Of a stretch of DNA of 29,141 nucleotides, positions 1-7,489 are shown piece after piece (the first letter of the stretch is position 1; each line of letters starts with the position of its first letter). The notes beneath the pieces are model-generated. The model ran no database searches. It saw only the letters and a list, made by a program, of their open reading frames with translations, and was not told where the DNA came from. The DNA lies in NCBI GenBank assembly GCA_019058015.1, contig JAHLWH010000111.1, positions 1 through 29,141 on the forward strand, written 5' to 3'. The DNA comes from Promethearchaeota archaeon. Lineage in GTDB: Archaea; Asgardarchaeota; Lokiarchaeia; Sigyniarchaeales; SOKP01. Position numbers and translations under genes: made by a program.

Positions 1-303
1 ATTATTAACCCTGATGGAGTGATATTATCTTCCGCACTTTCAGGAAGAGTAAATGACTCATTATTTGTCTCAATTGGAAAAACTTGATCGGTCATTGGTA
101 ATGATATAGTTAATGCATTAAATACAGGAGCCTTAAAATCCTTTACAATTAATGGAACTCATGGAAAATTTAGTTTAGCGCCAATTGTCAGTGATGTACT
201 TCTTTTAATCTTAAGTGGTCCGAGAGTAAAAGCAGGAATTATACATTTAGCAGTTAGCTTATTTAAAAAAAAATTTAAATCATATTCGGAAAAGAAAAAA
301 TAA
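1..303 (+). CDS. Roadblock/LC7 (MglB-like) domain protein, 5'-truncated by window, with in-frame TGA at 85-87
   Basis: Frame 1 reads IINPDGVILSSALSGRVNDSLFVSIGKT*SVIGNDIVNALNTGALKSFTINGTHGKFSLAPIVSDVLLLILSGPRVKAGIIHLAV..., the roadblock pattern (DG-hydrophobic-S strand, helix, three strands, terminal helix). Ends at TAA 301-303. Not in the ORF track. Confidence 0.75.
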
Positions 304-323
304 TAATCTCTAATTGCTGAATT

Positions 324-1151
324 TTAAAATTTATTTGTTAAATTTTTTTGAATTGTTATATTAGTGATTATTTCATAAATAAAAAATTTTTCGTTGAAAT
401 CAAATTCTTGGATGAATCTGTTTAAATGAAAAATAGATACAATAGGAACTTGAATGTAACTTAATTTAACTTTATTCTCAATTAATGTTACAATCATTGG
501 AATAAGTTTAAAGGGCATAGATGCTTTTATTTTTTGAAGCTCATTTTGATTTAAAAGTATAGTAATTAATTTTGATATAACATCAGGATTTTTTATTAAG
601 GCACTCATTCTTCTTGATTGGAGTTTTGATGCTTTATTAATTGCTGATAAATTATTTGTCCTACAATTCCAATGTTTTGCATCAATTAAAAGAATCAGTC
701 TTCCCAACATGGCTATTACATCTATTTCATACCGTTTTTGATTAGTTTTACGACCATAATTTGAGTGATCAGTAAATCTAAAATTTTTTATTACTTTAAA
801 TTCATTTTTTTCAAAAATCTTTGAAATTAAATCTTCAAATTCTTTCCAATTCAATAATTTTGACAATTTCATTATGTCTATATCTAAATATTTAGCAGCT
901 TCCAAAACAAAAAGAGATTTTTGAACTTTAACGTACTCATTATAAAATGTAAGACCACACTCAATAGATACCGAAAAATCTTTTATTAGTTCAATATCAT
1001 ATTGTGAGAAATTCTCAAAAAAATTTTCTTCAAGAGAGATATTAATATAAGTATCTTGAGTTCTAGATTGTTCTAATTTACTTATATTATTATAAATTTT
1101 TCGAAAAAGTAAAGAAATGGTTTTATATTTATCAGAAAATTTAGAAATCAT
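324..1151 (-). CDS. PD-(D/E)xK nuclease, Mrr/NERD-like restriction endonuclease family
   Basis: WKEFEDLISKIFEKNEF helix followed by YEIDVIA...LLIDAKHW catalytic-type motif. Confidence 0.7.
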   Translation of the reverse strand: MISKFSDKYKTISLLFRKIYNNISKLEQSRTQDTYINISLEENFFENFSQYDIELIKDFSVSIECGLTFYNEYVKVQKSLFVLEAAKYLDIDIMKLSKLLNWKEFEDLISKIFEKNEFKVIKNFRFTDHSNYGRKTNQKRYEIDVIAMLGRLILLIDAKHWNCRTNNLSAINKASKLQSRRMSALIKNPDVISKLITILLNQNELQKIKASMPFKLIPMIVTLIENKVKLSYIQVPIVSIFHLNRFIQEFDFNEKFFIYEIITNITIQKNLTNKF

Positions 1152-1267
1152 TAAATTTCAAGGTAGAAATTTTATATTAAATTTTTATTGATCAATTTTT
1201 TTAATCCTAAGATAATTTATAATACAACGAGATAATTCAATAAGTATAAAATTTCAATAGATAATAT

Positions 1268-1711
1268 GTGAATATAGTGAAAAGCAAAAAATTAGACGAC
1301 GAGTTTAATTTAGTTAAGCATATGTTGCCGGATGTTATAAATAGTAAATTAGAGGTTGTTAAATTTAAACCCGAAGCGATTATTAATTCCTTATCACTTG
1401 AAACTGATATAACAAGAGATGAAGCAAATCTTGTAACTCTAGAGGTAATAAGAAAGATTATCTCTGCAGATCTAAAAATTTTAACTGCACCCTTAATCAG
1501 AGAATTAGTCAATGCTACATTATTATCAAAAGGGTTTGAATTATATCGATATCAATATACTAGATTAGGATTTCCATTTTATGATTTTGGTAAGAAATTG
1601 GAATCTCAAAATATTAGTAGCGAAGATATTTTTAATCATTTAAAAACCGAATACGTGGAAGTACAAAAATTAATAAATAAAATAAAAAATGAAGAATTTA
1701 AAGACAAGTAA
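1268..1711 (+). CDS. Stand-alone ATP-cone domain protein (similar to N-terminus of archaeal class III RNR NrdD)
   Basis: F-KPEAIINSL..ET...EA..VT.EV.RKI...LTAPLIRELVNATLL.KG.E.YR.QYTRLG.P matches the NrdD-type ATP cone. Only 147 aa, no catalytic domain. Confidence 0.8.
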   Translation: MNIVKSKKLDDEFNLVKHMLPDVINSKLEVVKFKPEAIINSLSLETDITRDEANLVTLEVIRKIISADLKILTAPLIRELVNATLLSKGFELYRYQYTRLGFPFYDFGKKLESQNISSEDIFNHLKTEYVEVQKLINKIKNEEFKDK

Positions 1712-1923
1712 AGAAAGAAAAACTAATCTTATTTTTCAAAGATTTAATAATTTCTAACGCTTCTAAAATTAAATTGAATTTATGTTTTGGAACAAATTAA
1801 AAATAATTGAAGATTTAAATAAGTTAAATAGATTAAACTAGTAAAAACTATTGATTGAAATACTAGGAAATTCTATAATAATTTCTATACTATAAAACAT
1901 TATCAGGTAGGATAGGGTATAAG

Positions 1924-3366
1924 TTGGCTAATAGTCAGAATTCAAATGATCTCGAAAATAACGTGAATAATATAGAAAAATCTTCACTTATTAAAGCTAT
2001 TGTTGTATCTATTTTTGATACGGAAGGCCCAACACCAAAATATTATTATCCAGAGGATTTAGATGAAAATTCACGCCTATTAATAGCAATGAAAACCATA
2101 AGTTTGCTTATGGGGGAGGCAACATATCAAGATGGCAATGCAATAGAAGGCGTTAATTATTTTGGCATTTTACCTTTCCCAGATATAAAATTAAATGGAT
2201 TGACCTATTTTTTTCTAATATATGACCCTGAAGCAAGAGGTCAGGCAAAAGCAGCTACAATTACTATTTTAGTTGACGAGGAAAACATATCATTTTTCTA
2301 TGAAAATATTAAATATTTACGAGTTATTATTGACAAATCTGCTTCACAGATCCAAACTGCTAAGGACTCAAATGAAATGAAAAACATTTTAAATTCTCTA
2401 CGTATGCAATTAATAAATTTTATCAAAGATTTAAAACACCCATTTTCTCAAACCAGACAAATAAAAATTTTATTTGCGGGATTGGATAGGTCCGGTAAGA
2501 GTTCATTTGTTCTTGGAATAAAGAAAAAATATTCTGAAATAATAAAAGTCTTACCCACAAAAGGTGTTTCAAGGGAGATAAGTGAGTTATTTGGTGCTCA
2601 ACTCATACGCTGGGAACTTGGTGGTCAGAAAAGCTACCGAGATCAGTATCTTAAAGAAAGTGAAGTTTATTTATATAACGTTGATTTATTATTTTTCTTA
2701 ATTGATGTGCAAGATTTAAAGAGAAGGGAGGAAGGATTAAAATATTTTAAAAAATTAATTGAATCCCTTGAAAACATTGATGATTACCCTCCGATTGTAT
2801 TATGTCTCCATAAAACAGACCCAGACATAAAAAATGACAAACAAATTCGCGAAAACATTGAATTCTTAATTATGAGAATTCAAGAATTTACTCAAAATTA
2901 TTATATTAAAATATTTGAGACATCAATATTTGATCACTGGTCATTAGTCTCTGCCTTTTCCTACGGTATTAGTCGATTATCCCCAAATAGAGAGATTTTT
3001 AGAAAGCAATTGGAGTGGTTTGCTAATAAAACAGATTCTGAATTTATTTTACTCTTAAATGAAAAAGCAATAATTTTATCTAACTTTTCAAGAGATGATG
3101 TCTCAGGAAAAGTCTTCGAGATCTCCGCCCCTCATTTTCAGACGTTATATAAGACATTTAAGGAATTTAAGATTTTGAAAAAGGATTTTCTTGTGTCTTC
3201 CGGAATTTCTCAAACTAAAAAGATTTTATTTAAGAAACTTAATGTTGAGAAATATAATTTATATCTTCTCCTATTCATTAGTAGCGAAGATTATATTAAA
3301 AAAATTGATGAAAATTTGAAAGAGTTTATTTCACGGATTGAAGTATTGATAGACACATACATTTAG
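1924..3366 (+). CDS. Arf/Rag-like small GTPase fused to an N-terminal longin/uDENN-like domain and a C-terminal roadblock/longin-like domain
   Basis: G1 GLDRSGKSS, G2 PTKG, G3 WELGGQ, G4 HKTD, G5 ETSIFD. N-terminal VVSIFDTEGPTPKYYYP (uDENN-like FD..GP motif). C-terminal FILLLNEKAIILSNF roadblock-like strand pattern. TTG start after a purine-rich tract. Confidence 0.85.
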   Translation: MANSQNSNDLENNVNNIEKSSLIKAIVVSIFDTEGPTPKYYYPEDLDENSRLLIAMKTISLLMGEATYQDGNAIEGVNYFGILPFPDIKLNGLTYFFLIYDPEARGQAKAATITILVDEENISFFYENIKYLRVIIDKSASQIQTAKDSNEMKNILNSLRMQLINFIKDLKHPFSQTRQIKILFAGLDRSGKSSFVLGIKKKYSEIIKVLPTKGVSREISELFGAQLIRWELGGQKSYRDQYLKESEVYLYNVDLLFFLIDVQDLKRREEGLKYFKKLIESLENIDDYPPIVLCLHKTDPDIKNDKQIRENIEFLIMRIQEFTQNYYIKIFETSIFDHWSLVSAFSYGISRLSPNREIFRKQLEWFANKTDSEFILLLNEKAIILSNFSRDDVSGKVFEISAPHFQTLYKTFKEFKILKKDFLVSSGISQTKKILFKKLNVEKYNLYLLLFISSEDYIKKIDENLKEFISRIEVLIDTYI

Positions 3367-3397
3367 GGAAAAATAATTTAATTCCTATTTTTAAAAT

Positions 3398-4726
3398 TCA
3401 ATAATTGTTAGAATAAGAATAATTTTGATACATTGCTTCCTTTTTCTTCTTATTTTTACCAGTTTTTATAAAAATATAAATTATGATTAAAAAAGTTATT
3501 AGGATAATTAATCCAACTATAATATACATCATAGTATTATCTTCTATTAAATTTACTTCAAGTACTTTAATGTTTATTGATGTATCATACTTAAAAATTG
3601 CATCAGATTGAAATACAGGATTAGGAAGAACAGAATGTTCACTAACATCATCTGATAAAGATGGAACTTCGAACCATGCGCCAATATTTGATGCTAAATG
3701 AATAAAGTCCATATTATTAAAATAATTATATCCGGCGCTACCCCAAGTTGGGTCGCAAGCAATAAAGCCTATATTGGGAACATAATATTCTAGCCAAGCA
3801 TGTAATAAAGCATTGGAATCAAGATTTCCTGCTGAAATTAGTGAATTTTTAAGATAATTACTATAATAACTCCATTCGGCACCTACTTCGGGATTATTGT
3901 TTGATGTAGCTTGACCAGTAGCAGAAACATTACTTAAAATCATACCCGTGCATTTCCTAGCCGGAATTCCTTGAATTCTTAATAAAGTAATCATCAAATT
4001 AGAGTATTCACTGCAATCTCCTTTTTTATTTTGATATGTCCAAAGAGCACCTCTTTCTTTGACTTGACCTACATATTCAATATTTTCAGAAACATAATCA
4101 TAAATTGCTTTAGCTTTATCAATAGGGTTGCTTAATCCCTCAACAAGGCTATTAGAAAGAGATATTAAAGTAGAGTCATTCATTTCAAAGAGTGGTTCTG
4201 CTTGACAATAGAGGTCATGAATTATATCTGAAGTGTTATATATACCAATATCTCCCTCAGGAATATTAGTATCAAAAGATATTTCATTCAATGTTATAAC
4301 GTATTTCTGATTAATCAAAATTGGAGCACTATTTAAGTTATCAATTGTTCGATTAAATAAATAGTGATGATTACCGAACTTATCTGTTTGAGTAATTATA
4401 TCAGTCCCATTACCTTCAATTGAATGATATTCTAATGATGATACTTGTATCGGGGGAGTAAATTCATATTCGCTGGGAATACGATTATCAAAAAGAGAAT
4501 ATTTTAAGTAAAATGTATAAGAATTTGGACCTAAACGAGTTAAAGTCCAATTTATCGTAATTTCGTAAGTAACATTTTGAATCATATTATAATGTGTTAT
4601 TCCTGGGTATTCTGAGTTAATTGAAACTTGTTCTAGCCCTTTCACAAAATTAAGGTGAATAAATGAGAGATGACAAAAAGTTAATTCAAATAAAAGGAAT
4701 GCTAATGCAATAGTTTTTTTTTGCAT
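3398..4726 (-). CDS. Membrane-anchored transglutaminase-like (TGc) protein
   Basis: Catalytic triad motifs GDCSEYS (Cys), HAWLEYY (His), CDPTW (Asp); N-terminal signal peptide; C-terminal TM helix followed by a basic tail. Confidence 0.88.
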   Translation of the reverse strand: MQKKTIALAFLLFELTFCHLSFIHLNFVKGLEQVSINSEYPGITHYNMIQNVTYEITINWTLTRLGPNSYTFYLKYSLFDNRIPSEYEFTPPIQVSSLEYHSIEGNGTDIITQTDKFGNHHYLFNRTIDNLNSAPILINQKYVITLNEISFDTNIPEGDIGIYNTSDIIHDLYCQAEPLFEMNDSTLISLSNSLVEGLSNPIDKAKAIYDYVSENIEYVGQVKERGALWTYQNKKGDCSEYSNLMITLLRIQGIPARKCTGMILSNVSATGQATSNNNPEVGAEWSYYSNYLKNSLISAGNLDSNALLHAWLEYYVPNIGFIACDPTWGSAGYNYFNNMDFIHLASNIGAWFEVPSLSDDVSEHSVLPNPVFQSDAIFKYDTSINIKVLEVNLIEDNTMMYIIVGLIILITFLIIIYIFIKTGKNKKKKEAMYQNYSYSNNY

Positions 4727-4840
4727 AATATTATCAATTCTTATTTTTATCGATCTAATAAAGTCAAAAAATATAAAATTGACTATTTAATATCGGAAAA
4801 TTCCATTCAAAAAATATATTAATCCAAAAGAGGCTTATAT

Positions 4841-5485
4841 TTGATTTACAAAGTATTTTTGATTGATGGGGATGCTGGTATTCTTATTTTAGAAAAATCT
4901 TTTAAGGAATTTAATAAAAGTAAAAACTTAAAAACAGAATTATTAACTGATTTCTTTAAAGAAGTAAATAAGATGATTGATGATTTACAAGATGCCATGA
5001 CCAAGGGGAATAGAGTAGGTGATACAAATAGGATTATTTCTGGAGATTACTCCACGATAATAATGTACTACCATTCATTGTCTCATGTGCTATTTTGCTC
5101 AATATCTGATGATGATGATGATAAAGAAAAACTAATCGAAATATTACAAAATTGTGGTTTAACTTTTTATAAAAAACATGAAAAGGATTTAAAGAAATTT
5201 AGAAAAACCTCAGAGAAAAATTATTTTTTAAGTTTTATTGATGAGATAGATGTATTATCAGTCGGAGGTCGTGGAGCAGAAATTTTACCAAAACTAATTA
5301 TCGCAAAAAATGTACTTGAACGTATCAAAAATATGGGTATAATAAATAATAAAGAATTAAAAATTGCTCTAGAATGTAATGGAAAAAAATCCCCACTCCG
5401 AATTTCAAGAATTTTTAATACTATAGAAAGCAAAATAAGAGAGAGCCTTAAAAAATTGGAAAATCTAGAAATTATTAAATTATAA
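4841..5485 (+). CDS. Longin-like domain protein with C-terminal winged helix-turn-helix
   Basis: N-terminus MIYKVFLIDGDAGILILEKSF and later VLFCSISD...LIEILQ...FYKKH fit a longin fold; C-terminal ECNGKKSPLRISRIF...IRESLKKLENLEIIKL fits a wHTH. Confidence 0.65.
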   Translation: MIYKVFLIDGDAGILILEKSFKEFNKSKNLKTELLTDFFKEVNKMIDDLQDAMTKGNRVGDTNRIISGDYSTIIMYYHSLSHVLFCSISDDDDDKEKLIEILQNCGLTFYKKHEKDLKKFRKTSEKNYFLSFIDEIDVLSVGGRGAEILPKLIIAKNVLERIKNMGIINNKELKIALECNGKKSPLRISRIFNTIESKIRESLKKLENLEIIKL

Positions 5486-5590
5486 AAACTCAAATTGGGA
5501 AAAAAAAGAAAATTTCAAAAATTCATTTTAATTAATAAACTCAAAATAATAATTTCATAATTTTTGAAAAATTGGAAAAATCGAATTATC

Positions 5591-6058
5591 ATGGTACAAA
5601 AACCAATAGTTATATCACCAAGTAGAGAAAAGCATTTTAAAAATGGTACCGGATTTTCACTTAAAGAAGTTAGAAAATCAAATAAAACATTGCAAGATTT
5701 AAAAAGCGCAAAAATAAAGATTGATTTTCGTAGAAAAACAGAACATCAACAAAATATTGAATATTTAAATAATTTAAAATTAGATTTGAAGAAAAAGCCA
5801 AAACGTGAGCCTTATAGGAAAAAGGAAGAAAGACTTAAAAAAATTATAAAAAAGAAAGTAACTAAGAAGGCTCCAATAAAATTAACTGTATTAGACAAAT
5901 TAGGTCCATCTACTGAGAAAAAAATGATGGAAATTGGAATTCCTGATGTTCAAACACTAATTAAAGAAGATCCTAAGGAAGTTGCTAGCTTAGTCTCAGG
6001 ATGTTCAGAAGAACGAGTAATTAAATGGATTGAAGCAGGTAAGAAATTAGTTGAGTAA
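5591..6058 (+). CDS. rpl13e: 50S ribosomal protein L13e fused to a C-terminal helix-hairpin-helix domain
   Basis: GTGFSLKEV...IKIDFRRKTEHQQNIEYL matches L13e; Lys-rich linker; then LTVLDKLGPSTEKKMMEIGI..V..L...P.EV...V.G.SEERV.KWIE HhH. ATG 5591 preferred over TTG 5564. Confidence 0.8.
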   Translation: MVQKPIVISPSREKHFKNGTGFSLKEVRKSNKTLQDLKSAKIKIDFRRKTEHQQNIEYLNNLKLDLKKKPKREPYRKKEERLKKIIKKKVTKKAPIKLTVLDKLGPSTEKKMMEIGIPDVQTLIKEDPKEVASLVSGCSEERVIKWIEAGKKLVE

Positions 6059-6091
6059 TTATACTTAATAAAGAAAGTTAGTGGAATAACA

Positions 6092-6583
6092 TTGCAAAAA
6101 AATTATTATGTTTATTCTAACGACAAATGTAAAATAGTAATAAATAAAACCCCAATCTGGTTTGAAGAAGTAAAAGTAGAAGGGAATCATGAAAAAGGAA
6201 CAATATTCTTCGAATCTCATGATGAATTTGACGAAAATTTTGGTAAAAGTGTAAAAATTGAATTATCCTGGTACCAAAAGGCAAGAGAACAATATTATCA
6301 TGCCAAAGAAGTGCAAGATTCTATTGATACATATAATAGCATTAATATTGTAGTTACAAAAAAAGAAAACATTTGGCTCTTAAGTCATGAATGCACATAT
6401 TGGTTTGGAACAAGGACTAAAATGATAAGAAAAGGTTATTACCCTTCAAAAATCATTCATTCAATATTTTTTTGTGAAATTACTGGGCGAGTTATAACTA
6501 TTCATTTTGAAGTGATTAGAAAATATTATTTAAACTATGAGAAATTTATAATTGAAATGCTTCAATCGATTATATGCCATTAA
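6092..6583 (+). CDS. Hypothetical protein (beta-rich, ends in ...SIICH)
   Basis: 163-aa ORF co-oriented 33 bp after rpl13e; no recognised family. Confidence 0.65.
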   Translation: MQKNYYVYSNDKCKIVINKTPIWFEEVKVEGNHEKGTIFFESHDEFDENFGKSVKIELSWYQKAREQYYHAKEVQDSIDTYNSINIVVTKKENIWLLSHECTYWFGTRTKMIRKGYYPSKIIHSIFFCEITGRVITIHFEVIRKYYLNYEKFIIEMLQSIICH

Positions 6584-6613
6584 ATAATAAATAAATTCTT
6601 ATTTTACTGATTT

Positions 6614-7354
6614 TTATTTTCGCAACCAAATAAAAAAATTATCCTTATTTCCTGGTCCTCCTAAAATTGAAAATTTTCGGATTTTAAAGTGTTTAGTTAA
6701 TTTTTTAAGTTCTTTTTCTGAAAATAAGTGGTAATAGCGAATGTAAGATCCTTTATTATTCGATTTTTTCCAAGGTATAATTATATCACCAAATTCTTGC
6801 AACCCGTTGCTATATTGAGATTTCCTATATTTGTGAGAGAACTTTCTTTTTAACCAATCTTTTATGAAATATTTTCGAAACCTTTTTTGCCATTTTCTCC
6901 ATACAGATAGGATAAATGAACCATTTTCTATCATTAAATTTTGGATATTATGCATAAAATCTGAACGATTTTTTTTGCTATATAAGTGGTGAATCGAAGC
7001 GATTGCAAAGATATGGTCAAATACTTCTTTTCTAAATGGAAGGTAAATTAGATCAGATAATATTATTTCGATTTTTCTTGTTTTTAAGCGATTATTTCCA
7101 TATCTAATCAATTCATCTCTTTGATTTTTAATAATTTTCAATAATTCAATCGAATTATCTAATCCGATTATTCGAAAATCATTTTTATTACCTCCAATAA
7201 TTGACATATTCCTACCATTTCCACATCCAGCATCTAAGATTGTTCCGCTAACATCAAGATCGCCTTCCATTATGGATTCATAAAACTCTTTAAACGCTCT
7301 CCAGGGCTTCCTCCTTTTTAAATCAAAATCTTTTGCAAAACAATCATAAATCAT
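6614..7354 (-). CDS. Class I SAM-dependent methyltransferase, Trm9/ALKBH8-like
   Basis: Motif I ILDAGCGNGRN, GLDNS, AIASIHHL, and the Trm9-type GDIIIPWK...RYYHLFSEKEL. Confidence 0.8.
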   Translation of the reverse strand: MIYDCFAKDFDLKRRKPWRAFKEFYESIMEGDLDVSGTILDAGCGNGRNMSIIGGNKNDFRIIGLDNSIELLKIIKNQRDELIRYGNNRLKTRKIEIILSDLIYLPFRKEVFDHIFAIASIHHLYSKKNRSDFMHNIQNLMIENGSFILSVWRKWQKRFRKYFIKDWLKRKFSHKYRKSQYSNGLQEFGDIIIPWKKSNNKGSYIRYYHLFSEKELKKLTKHFKIRKFSILGGPGNKDNFFIWLRK

Positions 7355-7383
7355 AATATACCAAAATCATAATATACCAAAAT
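7348..7383. repeat. Tandem duplication of 16-bp unit AAATCATAATATACCA (2 copies plus AAAT)
   Basis: Identical units at 7348-7363 and 7364-7379; overlaps the start codon of the methyltransferase. Confidence 0.9.
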
Positions 7384-7489
7384 ATAAAAAAATATAGTTA
7401 GCAAAAATAACAAATCCCATAAAACTTTCAATTATTTGATAATATTTTAGAGTTTCTAATAATTTTATGTAAAAAGTTACTAAATTGAA

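Noticed and set aside
5108-5122. (GAT)5 trinucleotide repeat
   Set aside because: Encodes an in-frame poly-Asp loop; too short to suggest a contingency locus
7348-7383. Repeat near tnpB as a possible mini-CRISPR array (Cas12f-like system)
   Set aside because: Units are directly adjacent with no spacer, only 16 bp and two copies
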